64,000 bases of DNA, taken from assembly GCA_021324755.1 (NCBI GenBank), contig JAJPIL010000001.1, positions 152 through 64,151 of the forward strand. The letters run 5' to 3'. This DNA is from Pseudomonadota bacterium (GTDB lineage Bacteria; Desulfobacterota; Binatia; Binatales; Binataceae). The translations under genes were made by a program, and so were the position numbers. The notes under the pieces were generated by a model. That model was given only the letters and a program-made list of their open reading frames with translations. It made no database searches and was not told the DNA's origin. Below, piece after piece: positions 1-9,245 of this stretch. Every line of letters starts with the position of its first letter. The stretch's first letter is position 1.

Positions 1-174
1 TGTGCCTTACCCTCTGCCGGCCGTTCTGCGCGTCCAAGCCTCGACCCCTGGACAGTTGCGGACAAAAAGCGAGGAAAATCAAGGCTTTTTCGCCGTTCCC
101 ACGAAGGCGCACCTGAGCCGCGAAACCGGCCGTGTAGACGCTAGGGGCTTTGAACTAAGGAGGCGAAAGGCGTC

Positions 175-609
175 ATGGCAACCGAGCGAAAGTTGGCCGA
201 TTTTGTACGGAGAACGCGTCGATTTATTTGGCGTAGTTTCTGCTGGTACATGGGTTTCAACGGACTTGCGGAACTGGGCATAATCGCTTGCTCCTACGCT
301 GGATTCCCCAATACGGATTTTCAAAACTGCCTGCCCGTGTACGTTTTGAGCCTAGTGCTGACCGCGATTGCGAATGTGCCGACCGCGCTCGTACTCGCCT
401 TCGCCCAGATCGCCGCAGGGTTTTATCTCGGCTGGTGTTCGATGAATGACCTGTTCTGGAAAGAAATCGGTTGGTACGCGAGGGCTGGTGTCGTAATTAA
501 GCTGGCCTTTATGGCCCTAGCCATTCTTGTCAATAACGCTGATTTCCCCGCTTGGACGGCATATAAGCTTGCCATGCATGCATGTTCCAATTTCGGCGAC
601 AACCCTTAA
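175..609 (+). CDS. hypothetical small integral membrane protein (144 aa, several hydrophobic segments)
   Basis: ORF has an AAGGAGG Shine-Dalgarno 11 nt upstream of the ATG at 175. The translation is dominated by hydrophobic stretches (LAELGIIACSYAGF, LSLVLTAIANVPTALVLAF, LAFMALAILV). Lower GC than the bulk of the window. I recognise no family. Confidence 0.4.
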   Translation: MATERKLADFVRRTRRFIWRSFCWYMGFNGLAELGIIACSYAGFPNTDFQNCLPVYVLSLVLTAIANVPTALVLAFAQIAAGFYLGWCSMNDLFWKEIGWYARAGVVIKLAFMALAILVNNADFPAWTAYKLAMHACSNFGDNP

Positions 610-836
610 TTTGGTAAGATTCGCCTGGATAAAGGGTTCGTAGGAGGACCCGTTATCGTCACTGCCACCCGCACGGGGGGCGGCGCCTCCATTTACCGTG
701 TAAAACCTCGCGCTCGGCCACCGGCTCAAGTCGCACGTTGCATATCGCACAGGTGATTAGGCTACGTTCGCCGTCAGGGACGGCCCACCGATGACTACGC
801 CATTGCGGTGTATTCGGCACTCGAGACTTTTCCTCG

Positions 837-1865
837 TTAGGGCACCAGCCCTTGTTTGGCTAGGTCCTCCACCGTCTTTGCTACAGCGATCCACAGCAGC
901 ATGCATGCAATGCCGAATACCATGCAGTCCACTGGGTTCCTCGGAAGCTCGCCTAATTCCTCGAACCATTCCCTAGCCCAAGTCAACGCGGGCCACTTGC
1001 TCCGGCTGCGCAGGTCTTCCCCACCCAAACGCGCGATATCCTGCATGGCTGTGCGGAGAGCTTCCAGCTTCGCCAGGGCTTCAGGCGTCGGCTTGTCGCT
1101 CGGGTAAATCAGTCGCTCATATTCTTTCACCAGTTCAGCGTATCGCGCGTCCTCCTGTTCCTTTTTGAGCAAGACCATGAGAACCGTCGCCTCCCGATAC
1201 AGGCGCCACTTGCGTTGATACTTTGGCCAGAACGACGCAGACAGGGCGTTCTCAGGCAAGGGCGAAAAATCATCCCTTGCGACCCAGCGCTCCACGAGGG
1301 ACCGCGCTATTTGACTCGGCGCACTCCGCTGAGTACGGACCCCGAGGATTTCCCTCGAGCTCACTAGCTGTTCTCCAGCCGCTCTCACCAGCGCCTCGAA
1401 GTTCAACGTCTTGAGCTTCGTTCTGACGGCGTGGACGACTTGCTGCACCACAACGGGGTTTGAAGGACTGCCCATCAGCTCTGCCACCTTGCGCGCAAGC
1501 GCGTCAATCATACCGTTTCCCGTGTACAATTCGTTTTTGTCTTCGTCACTTAGGCTTGGGCATTTTTGGTACTCCGCCTCGGTATTGTTCAGGTTTTCAA
1601 GAAACTCTTGCTCAATTTTAGATTTGAGGTCCTCGGGCCAATGGTCAAAGAGTCCGGCTACGAAGCACTTCGCAACGAGCGGGCGTAATTTACTCTGGAG
1701 TTCGCGTTCGCCTACGTCCCCGAAGATTGAAAACGCGAACCTGCTAATGAGGTCCATAAAAAAGTAAACAAACTCGGCACAAACGTGTACCCAAACCTCT
1801 GGACGTTGCTCTGGCTTAATTTCGTCTTTCAGAATTTCGGCGCAGTCGAAGGTGGCCATGCCCAC
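837..1865 (-). CDS. hypothetical protein, 342 aa, predicted mostly alpha-helical with a C-terminal hydrophobic anchor (CMVFGIACMLLWIAVAKTV)
   Basis: Long ORF in the roughly 50% GC islet, 95 nt downstream of the 93-aa gene and co-directional with it. The first codon is GTG at 1865 and there is an in-frame ATG at 1859, so the start is uncertain. I recognise no catalytic motif. Confidence 0.5.
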   Translation of the reverse strand: MGMATFDCAEILKDEIKPEQRPEVWVHVCAEFVYFFMDLISRFAFSIFGDVGERELQSKLRPLVAKCFVAGLFDHWPEDLKSKIEQEFLENLNNTEAEYQKCPSLSDEDKNELYTGNGMIDALARKVAELMGSPSNPVVVQQVVHAVRTKLKTLNFEALVRAAGEQLVSSREILGVRTQRSAPSQIARSLVERWVARDDFSPLPENALSASFWPKYQRKWRLYREATVLMVLLKKEQEDARYAELVKEYERLIYPSDKPTPEALAKLEALRTAMQDIARLGGEDLRSRSKWPALTWAREWFEELGELPRNPVDCMVFGIACMLLWIAVAKTVEDLAKQGLVP

Positions 1866-1960
1866 GGCCGCGCAAAGCTCGAACAGTGGTCTTGTCTGCT
1901 TTTCGATCGAGCGAGCAATCGGCTTGGCCTGCCATTGACGCCAAATCTTTTTAAATCAGG

Positions 1961-2242
1961 TCATCGGCAAATCCTCGGGCGCAATTTAAACAGGCCAATC
2001 TCCCTCAGGACGCCTTGAAGGATGTTCTCATCCACCTCTTCTTCGAGATGGAAGTCGAAGAATCCGTCGGCGACAGGCTCATCGAGGTGCGCTCGCAGCC
2101 ACTCGGGCGACCTCTTGCGCAATACGATCCTGCTGAACGCCTTGCGCTGACGCCCGTTGACCAGCAGGTTCCCTGCGTCCTTCGGGATATATCCCTCGGA
2201 CTCGACCGTTTTCAGATTCTCGTCGAGGTAGGACTTCTGCAT
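1961..2242 (-). CDS. hypothetical small protein, 93 aa, acidic C-terminal half
   Basis: Strong SD (AAAGGAGAA) 6 nt upstream of the ATG at 2242 on the minus strand. No recognisable domain. Forms a co-directional pair with the 342-aa gene. Confidence 0.55.
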   Translation of the reverse strand: MQKSYLDENLKTVESEGYIPKDAGNLLVNGRQRKAFSRIVLRKRSPEWLRAHLDEPVADGFFDFHLEEEVDENILQGVLREIGLFKLRPRICR

Positions 2243-2870
2243 GTGACTTCTCCTTTCATTTGAAATTCTGGTTTCGTCTAGGCTTATGTTTCTCCCGACT
2301 CATCCGCAGATGAGAGGGGCCGAAGCAATGGCACTCACCATGAGGAAGGTCGCATTCGTTCTAGATCGGGCATGCAGCAAGAATTCATCGTTGCGCCATG
2401 CTCTTTACGGTCAAAGGAAGTATAGCCCTTGTCTATCCCAAACGCTATGGCTTCATTACTGATTTTGTCCAAGGCACAGCGCGCTTACGTCTGGTGGAAG
2501 TTAGCGAGAACCTTAGCGCCTGGTCTCGGTCTTCCTCGTCGTATCGACCACCACCTATCGATAGGCGGCGCACTGAGCTTAAAGCCTACTTCGCCCGACC
2601 GCCAGCGGGTTTGAGCCGCCCCGATCCCCATCCAAGCCCACCCACCCGCCGGCCACATCCCGCTCCCCTCCCTTCTCCGCCAACGCACTTCGAGTCCGCC
2701 CGGATGGCCCGGGGCTGGGGGATTCGCGCCGAGCGCACTTGCCCGCTTCGTCGCTCAGAACTTTTACTGTGACTTTCGGCTTCTTCGTTCCGGTCCTACG
2801 ACGCTTTATTGCTCAGGTAGGAGCGAAGCGCGGTTTCGGCCTTTTAATCGAGACGCGCGCAGGGATGGAG

Positions 2871-3245
2871 CTATAACCCGAGCAACGGCCGAAGCTTGGC
2901 CGTCACTTCCGCGATCACCTCGGGCGGCGCTTTGGCGGCGAATTGGGCGCGGCGGGCGGCCCAATCGACGCTCTTTACGTGGTCGGCCAGGACCACGCCG
3001 GAAACCGTAAGCCCTTCGGGCACGGCGACCTCGAACGGATAGCCTTTGACCTGGGTCGTTATCGGGCAGACCAGCGCCAATCTAGCCCGCCGATTGTACG
3101 GCGCCGGCGAAAGCACAAGTGCCGGCCGGCGACCCGCCTGCTCGTGGCCGGCCTGCGGATCGAAGCTAAGCCACACAAGGTCGCCCCGCTCGGGCACGTA
3201 GCGGCTCCGGCTCACCAGCTCTCTCTGCCCACCGGCCTGCCCCAA
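2871..3245 (-). CDS. mazF: type II toxin MazF/PemK/Kid-family mRNA interferase
   Basis: The translation carries the PemK/MazF signatures (GDLVWLSFDPQAGHEQAGRRPALVLSP ... LALVCPITTQVKGYPFEV ... VLADHVKSVDW). It overlaps the upstream antitoxin ORF by about 34 nt, the classic TA arrangement. Confidence 0.8.
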   Translation of the reverse strand: MGQAGGQRELVSRSRYVPERGDLVWLSFDPQAGHEQAGRRPALVLSPAPYNRRARLALVCPITTQVKGYPFEVAVPEGLTVSGVVLADHVKSVDWAARRAQFAAKAPPEVIAEVTAKLRPLLGL

Positions 3246-3451
3246 TCGGTCTCCCCGTGGCGATTTTTAGGCGTGATCCCAGCGACGAGCTCTTCGAGCG
3301 TGTATTGCGGGCGCACCGGCTCCAGCACCAGCTTGCGGCCCGACACCTTCACCTCGACGGTCGCGCCTTCGCACAGGCCCAGCTCTTCGGCATAGGCCTT
3401 CGGAATGCGGACTCCGAGGCTGTTGCCCCACTTCGACACTTGCGTTCTCAT
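3212..3451 (-). CDS. mazE: type II antitoxin MazE/AbrB (SpoVT-AbrB fold)
   Basis: VSKWGNSLGVRIPKAYAEELGL motif of the MazE/AbrB swapped-hairpin family. SD GAAGGAAGG immediately upstream of the ATG at 3451. The longer ORF reaching 3478 is probably an upstream extension. Confidence 0.8.
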   Translation of the reverse strand: MRTQVSKWGNSLGVRIPKAYAEELGLCEGATVEVKVSGRKLVLEPVRPQYTLEELVAGITPKNRHGETDWGRPVGRESW

Positions 3452-4283
3452 ACCTTCCTTCGCGCCTCGGATATACAAAAGCTATACTCGCTTTGACCGC
3501 AGAGGGCAAGCCGTAACGATCGATTCTCACCGCACGCCCGATCTGCAAGGAATGCGACCTTCCTGCGATTGCCCGCACCCCGCTCATCTGCGGACTAAAT
3601 CGCAGGCAGGCTTGCACCGGAGTTCTCGGCGCTAGCGCGCTTAAGTATACGCGCTTTGCCGCACAAGCCGCCGCTTCGGCTGTTTCCGCAATTACGTCTT
3701 GCGCTAGCAGACGCGATCGATTATCGAAAATAAGCCCGAAAGACCCGTGACCCAACCTACCGCAACAGAACGGAAGCAATATGAACGTTGAGAACAGTAA
3801 CAGCGATTTTTTCCGACACGCTAACGCCGATTAAAACAAAAACCCGTAGAGGCCGAGCTTCAACTGCACAGCAAGGCCAGTGACACGCAGCGCCGATTGT
3901 GTTCGCCCGCCTTGGAGATAGCCGTGTCCTGGCCATTTCGATTGCTATATGTGCAGTTTACTAGGTATGCTACCCACACATCGGTAGCGAGCGTCAGCGC
4001 CGTATCGGCCTCCAGCAGAAACGCGAGCCCATCCAGGCCTGCGGCGAACGGTTCCGCCGACGCCTCCGGTCAGTTCACTGTCCTCTCCGCGACCTGCAGG
4101 GAGCGTTCAGCGGTCACTTATCGGAAGCGTCGTCGACATGTAAGAGGGGGATGACGAAACTTACAGGGCGGGGCTGGGACGGGTCCACTGTGGGTCGCCA
4201 CATGACCTACGCCGTCTCGGACCACGCGAATGCCGCCACTGTCCGATTCGCGATCTTCTGGTGGCCCATCTGGAGGTGAGGAC

Positions 4284-5189
4284 ATGACTATTCCAGACTA
4301 TCAGACCTTTATGCGCCCGTTGCTCGAGCTACTCAGCGACGGCCAAGAACGTTCAAGGCGCGAATGCATCGATGCGCTTGCAGACCGTTTTGGTCTTTCC
4401 AGAGAAGAGCGAGCAAAGCTGCTCCCTAGTGGGCAGCACCGGGTTCTCGATAACCGCGTTGACTGGGCTAAATACCACTTGAAAGAAGCCCATCTTATCG
4501 GGGCGCCCACCCGTGGCCGCTGGCACATAACCCCTTTAGGCCAGCAAGCGCTAAAAGAGCATCCCGGCGAAATCGACGGCGAGTTCCTCAAGCGCTACTC
4601 GGAATTCAGGCAACAAAGCGCGACAAAGTCGAGCGACCGGGAGGCGTCTGCATCGGAACACGCGCACGCTGACCCCGTGGAGCAAATCGAACGCGCATTT
4701 TCAAGTTACCAGGAATCGCTAGTCGATGACCTGCTGGAAAAGATCCGCATGGCAACTCCGGTCTTTTTCGGGCGCTTGGTGATCCGGCTGCTTGTTGCGA
4801 TGGGTTACGGAGGCGGACTTAGGGAGGCCGCGGAAGCCGTGAACGAGAGCGGCGACGAAGGAATCGACGGCATCATCAACCAGGACAAGCTAGGCTTGGA
4901 CACCATCTATATTCAAGCCAAGCAATGGACCAAACCGGTGGGGCGTCCTGAGATTCAGAAGTTCGTCGGTGCGTTGGAGGGGAAAAAATGCAAGAAGGGG
5001 ATTTTCATAACAAGTTCGGAGTTCACCAGAGATGCACAAGATTTCGTCACTCACCTGCAATCGCGGGTGGTCCTGATCGATGGGAGAAAGATGGCACGCC
5101 ATATGATTGGACACAACGTAGGTGTAACGACCAAGTTTGTTTACGAACTGAAGTCAATAGATGAGGATTTTTTCGAAGATGAAACCTGA
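4284..5189 (+). CDS. mrr: Mrr-family type IV (modification-dependent) restriction endonuclease, Mrr_N winged helix plus Mrr catalytic domain
   Basis: N-terminus MTIPDYQTFMRPLLELLSDG is typical of Mrr_N. The C-terminal region DGIINQDKLGLDTIYIQAKQW ... GIFITSSEFT matches the Mrr_cat PD-(D/E)xK core. GGAGGTGA SD 5 nt before the ATG at 4284. The ORF track starts at 4230, which is probably an extension. Confidence 0.8.
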   Translation: MTIPDYQTFMRPLLELLSDGQERSRRECIDALADRFGLSREERAKLLPSGQHRVLDNRVDWAKYHLKEAHLIGAPTRGRWHITPLGQQALKEHPGEIDGEFLKRYSEFRQQSATKSSDREASASEHAHADPVEQIERAFSSYQESLVDDLLEKIRMATPVFFGRLVIRLLVAMGYGGGLREAAEAVNESGDEGIDGIINQDKLGLDTIYIQAKQWTKPVGRPEIQKFVGALEGKKCKKGIFITSSEFTRDAQDFVTHLQSRVVLIDGRKMARHMIGHNVGVTTKFVYELKSIDEDFFEDET

Positions 5190-5449
5190 ACGCGTCGTTA
5201 TGCAGGGTGAAAGAACGTGATAAATGAAACCGCCACCGGTCAAGTCCTGAATCTCCTGGAGTGCCCCCTGTAGGTTTGGCGTTGCTCCCCGTTCAGCGTT
5301 CGACGCTCACCACCTTCTCTTCCTTTGCCGGGGCAGTATTTTTAAGCGTCGTGCTGCCGACGGTGATTCGACGCAGGAGGGGATTGAAGCGGGCGCTGGA
5401 CTTAACTTAGCCGATCGAAGAAAATTCCCCTCCCAGGAGGTCGCCCGCG

Positions 5450-6601
5450 ATGGCTTCGGAACTCGACCAGCTGTGGCTCGACGGCTCATCTCGTATCCTT
5501 AAGCGATGCGAGATGAGCGCAAGCGAACTCGATTCGGGCTTTCCCCATTTCGCCGACCCCGAGACCGGCGCCTGGACGCTCTCGCCCCAGGGCGACTGGA
5601 CCGGCGGCTATTTCTGCGCGATCCTCTGGCTCGACGCCCATCTCACGGGCTCGGACAACGTGCGCGCGCTCGCCCGCCGTTTTTGCGCCGCGCTCGGCCC
5701 GCGAATCGACTCGCGCACCGTCTTTCGCGCCTTCCTCTTCTACTACGGCGCCGCGCTAGGGGCGATCGTATGCGGCGATGCGCTTGCGCGCGAGCTTGCC
5801 CTCGACGGAGCACGCGCGCTCGCCACGACCTACAACGCGCGCGCCCGATGCTTCGGGCTCGGCGAGCAGGCCGAAGAGGCGAGCGACGTCGGCAATTGCG
5901 AAACCAGTATCGACGCCGTGGGCCCGCTCTGCGCCCTTCTCGCCTGGGCCGGCGCGCAGAGCGGTGACGAGCGGATGGGCGCGATCGCCCGCGAGCACGC
6001 GCTTACCCATATCGAGTTCTGCCTGCGCCCCGACGGCTCGGTATGCCAATCGGCGACCTTCGACGAAAACACCGGCCGCTTGATCCGCCGCTACACCCAT
6101 AAAGGCTTCGCCGAGAACAGCACGTGGGCGCGCGCCCAGGCGTGGGGAATGCTCGGCTACACGTTCGCCGCGCGATGCTTTCCGCAAGAGCCGCGCCTGC
6201 TCGAGGCCGCCTACCAGACCGCCGATTGGTGGCTTGCGCACGCGCCGTCAGATCTGGTCGCCTTCTGGGACTTCGACCATCCCGCGATCCCCGATACCTA
6301 CCGCGACACCTCGGCCACGGCGATCGCCGCCGCCGCGCTCCTAAAGCTCTCGGCGCTTACGCCCGAAGCCGAGCGCGCCCGCCGCTACCGCGCCTTTGCC
6401 GAGCGCGTCGCGGCCACCCTTGTGCGCAACTACCTGACGCCCGTCTCGCCCACCGACCGCCGCCCGCCCGGAATCCTGACCGAAGGATGCTACAACGCGC
6501 GCATCGGCCTTGCCGTCAAAAACGAACTCATCTGGGGAACGTACTACCTGCTCGAGTCGACGCTCGCCCTCTCTGGAAGAATCGATCCGCTGGCGCTGTA
6601 A
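5450..6601 (+). CDS. six-hairpin glycoside hydrolase, GH88/GH105-like (unsaturated glucuronyl/rhamnogalacturonyl hydrolase family)
   Basis: Motifs DWTGGYFCAILWLD and WARAQAWGMLGY resemble the FWxxGFFxGxLW and WSRGQAW signatures of GH88/GH105. CAGGAGG SD 8 nt before the ATG. Very high GC. Confidence 0.55.
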   Translation: MASELDQLWLDGSSRILKRCEMSASELDSGFPHFADPETGAWTLSPQGDWTGGYFCAILWLDAHLTGSDNVRALARRFCAALGPRIDSRTVFRAFLFYYGAALGAIVCGDALARELALDGARALATTYNARARCFGLGEQAEEASDVGNCETSIDAVGPLCALLAWAGAQSGDERMGAIAREHALTHIEFCLRPDGSVCQSATFDENTGRLIRRYTHKGFAENSTWARAQAWGMLGYTFAARCFPQEPRLLEAAYQTADWWLAHAPSDLVAFWDFDHPAIPDTYRDTSATAIAAAALLKLSALTPEAERARRYRAFAERVAATLVRNYLTPVSPTDRRPPGILTEGCYNARIGLAVKNELIWGTYYLLESTLALSGRIDPLAL

Positions 6602-6730
6602 AAGCGCCGGCGACGCTTCTTCGCTTCGCCGTCTAGAAGCCCGATCCAGCCGCCCCAGGGCGCGCAAATCCCACGCGCCAAAGCGTTTGCGAAGCGACCG
6701 CGCGGCCGTAAATCAAACACGCCTTTATCG

Positions 6731-7005
6731 CCGCTTGCTTTCTTGAGCAACTCGAGCGAAAAGTTTAAAAGTCGGCCGCTTTTTCGAACAAAAAGTTCGC
6801 AGGCACAGTTGCTTTTCTCGAGCCATAGGTTCGACAGTTCCTAGTCTTCTTCGAGCGAGAAATTTTATCCGTCGCTTCCCTTCTGCGAGCAAAAGCTTTA
6901 CTTGCGGCTTGTTTTTTCTCGGGCGAAACGCTTGTCATCTTCTTTTGCCTTTTCGAGCGGCGACCTTACCTGCCGCTTGCTTTTTTCGAGCGAGAACTTT
7001 AAGAG
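6731..7005. repeat. array of about 8 degenerate direct repeats, period about 34-36 bp, core CTTGCTTTTYTCGAGCGARAA containing the near-palindrome TTCTCG-AG-CGAGAA
   Basis: Read directly from the sequence. Units start near 6731, 6771, 6807, 6838, 6871, 6907, 6939 and 6975. The array lies in the 415-bp intergenic region between the GH88-like gene and the MerR gene. Confidence 0.7.
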
Positions 7006-7015
7006 TTGTTACTCA

Positions 7016-7769
7016 TATGGAATACACGATCGACGAGCTTTCGCGCAAAAGCGGCCTTTCGGTCGACACGATTCGCTACTACCAGGCGATCGGGCTTTTG
7101 CCGCGCCCGCGCCGCATCGGACGGCGCGCGCTGTACGCCGACTCCCATCTGGAGCGCCTCAAGGAGATTCGTGCCGGCGCACGCGCCGGACTTCCGCTCA
7201 AGGTGATGGCGGCGATGCTCAAGGCGCGCGGCTCGCTCGGGCCCGAGCTCGAGCTTTACGCCGCGCTTAGCAAGCCGCGGGCAAATCCGCGCTTTACCGC
7301 GCGCCAGATCGCGCGCGAGCTCGGCGTGCGCCCCGAGCTAGTGGAGCTCGCCGAGCGGCTCGGGCTCACCTACGGCGAACCGACGTCGGGCGGCCGGATG
7401 CGCTACTCGCGGGCCGATCTGCGCGCCGCGCGCAGCGCCAAAAAAATCTTCTCCTACGGCTTTCCGGTAAGTAAGCTCTTTGCGCTTGCCGTACGCCACG
7501 ACCGCGCCGTAAGGGCCACGGTCGACCAGGCGATCGAGCTTTTCGACCGCTACGTGCGCCGACCCAAAACCACAAACGGCCGCGAAGACCTAGCAGCCGT
7601 GGCGCGCGCCTTCAGCGAGCTCTTCCCAGCCGTAAGCAGCCTTGTCGCCTACCATTTCCAGCGCGTGCTCGTCCAGCGCGCGCTCTCGCGCCTAAAACAA
7701 TCCGCGCCGCAGGCGACCTACCGGCTCGCTCGCAGGACGGCGTACCAGGTCTACGCCTACCAGATTTGA
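7016..7769 (+). CDS. MerR-family transcriptional regulator
   Basis: N-terminal HTH MEYTIDELSRKSGLSVDTIRYYQAIGLLPRPRRIGRRALYADSHLERLKEI is a canonical MerR DNA-binding domain. The C-terminal effector domain is not recognised. ATG at 7016; the ORF track extends upstream to 6909. Confidence 0.8.
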
Positions 7770-7802
7770 ACCCGTAGCCGCCCGATTCCCGAGGTGCCAG
7801 CG

Positions 7803-9245
7803 ATGGGCTCGACGATCGATCGTTCGCAGGAAAGCGAAGCTCCCATGTCGGCGCAAAAAGCCTCCCCACGCAAGCTTGCGCGCGAGCTCGTGCGGCTCGA
7901 CACTGCGCCCGACCTGCTTGCGCTTGCGCGCGCTTGCCCGGCAAGCCGTCTTTTTTACTTCGAACATCCGGCACGGAACTTCGCGCTTCTAGGCGTCGAT
8001 TCCGCCCTGCAAATCGCCACGCGCGGCCGCGGACGCCTGCCCGCGCTCTCGCGCACAATTCGTACCGCGCTCGCCGAGCTTGCCGCCGACCGCGCCGAAC
8101 CTCCGCCCGTCGCGGTCGGAGGCTTCGGCTTTTTCGACTTCGAGAGCGAGTCTCCCAGGTGGCGCGATTTTCCGCCGGCCTTGCTTTTCGTGCCCAAGCT
8201 CCTGTGGACGATCGACGGCGGCACGAAAACTTTATCGCTCGTTTTCGACTCGCCCGCCGAGCGTGCCGAGATCTGGGCGATGGCGCAACGCCTGATCGCG
8301 GCGGCAAGCGCTGGCACGATGCCCAAAGCCTTCGCTTCGCCGTCCCCGGAGCGCATCGATTCGGCGGCGCGCCCCGAGCGCGATGCGCTCGCACAGGGTT
8401 TACCGCCCGCTTCCGCGCCCGACTTCATGGGGCACGACCAACAGGAGCAGGAGCGCCTTCGATGGCGGGAGCGTGTCGAACGGGCGCTGGCGAGGCTTTC
8501 TTCGGGCGAGCTTCAAAAGATCGTGCTCTCGCGCGCCAAGACCGCGCGCCTGCCGGCGGGGCTCGACCCTGGGACGATCGTTGCGCGGCTGCGCTCGAAG
8601 CGGCCGCGATGCGCAAGCTTCTGGATGAAGCAGGGCGAAAAAAGCTTTATCGGCTCGACGCCAGAGCTCCTGGTGCGGCTTTGCGCCGGGCGGCTCGAGT
8701 CGGCCGCGATGGCTGGTTCGGCGCCGCGCGCACAGACGCCGGAGCGCGACGCCGAGGCCGCGCGCCGGCTCCTGGTCTCGCCCAAGGAGCTTTTCGAGCA
8801 CAAGCTCGTGGTCGAGGCCGTGCGCGAGGCGCTTGCGCCCGTGGCGCGCACGCTCGAGATTCCCGCTGCGCCCGAGGTCGCCGCGTTTCCCGAGTCGTTC
8901 CATCTGCTGACCCCGATAAGAGGCGAGCTTGCCCGCGCGTGCGACGTGCTCGAGCTCGCCGCGCGCCTCCATCCCACGCCCGCCGTCTGCGGCGTGCCCT
9001 CGCTCGGCGCGCTCGAGATCCTGGCGCGCGAGGAGCCGGAGCGTGGATGGTACGCTGGAGGAATCGGATGGCTTCGAAGCGACGGCGACGGCGAATTCAT
9101 GGTCGCGCTGCGCTCGGCTCTGATCGAACGAGACCTCGTCACGATTTTCGCCGGCGCGGGAATCGTCGCCGGCTCCGACCCGGATGGGGAATTCAGCGAG
9201 ATCGAAAACAAGATGGGGGCGCTTTTGTCGGAGTTGATCCCATGA
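7803..9245 (+). CDS. menF: isochorismate synthase (chorismate-binding enzyme), menaquinone-specific
   Basis: C-terminal chorismate-binding motifs (GVPSLGALEILAREEPERGWYAGGIGWL ... GDGEFMVALRSALI ... AGAGIVAGSDPDGEFSEIENK). Immediately followed by, and overlapping, menD. GAGGTG SD before the ATG at 7803; an alternative GTG lies at 7794. Confidence 0.85.
   Translation: MGSTIDRSQESEAPMSAQKASPRKLARELVRLDTAPDLLALARACPASRLFYFEHPARNFALLGVDSALQIATRGRGRLPALSRTIRTALAELAADRAEPPPVAVGGFGFFDFESESPRWRDFPPALLFVPKLLWTIDGGTKTLSLVFDSPAERAEIWAMAQRLIAAASAGTMPKAFASPSPERIDSAARPERDALAQGLPPASAPDFMGHDQQEQERLRWRERVERALARLSSGELQKIVLSRAKTARLPAGLDPGTIVARLRSKRPRCASFWMKQGEKSFIGSTPELLVRLCAGRLESAAMAGSAPRAQTPERDAEAARRLLVSPKELFEHKLVVEAVREALAPVARTLEIPAAPEVAAFPESFHLLTPIRGELARACDVLELAARLHPTPAVCGVPSLGALEILAREEPERGWYAGGIGWLRSDGDGEFMVALRSALIERDLVTIFAGAGIVAGSDPDGEFSEIENKMGALLSELIP

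Noticed and set aside
2398-2772. 124-aa ORF upstream of mazF
   Set aside because: Pro/Arg/Ser-rich, no SD and no domain. It lies in a GC-rich non-coding-looking spacer.
5506-6241. ORFs 5506..5967(+) and 5756..6241(-) overlapping the GH88-like gene
   Set aside because: Arg-rich alternate-frame artefacts. The GH88-like frame has the conserved W/G-rich six-hairpin motifs and a proper SD.
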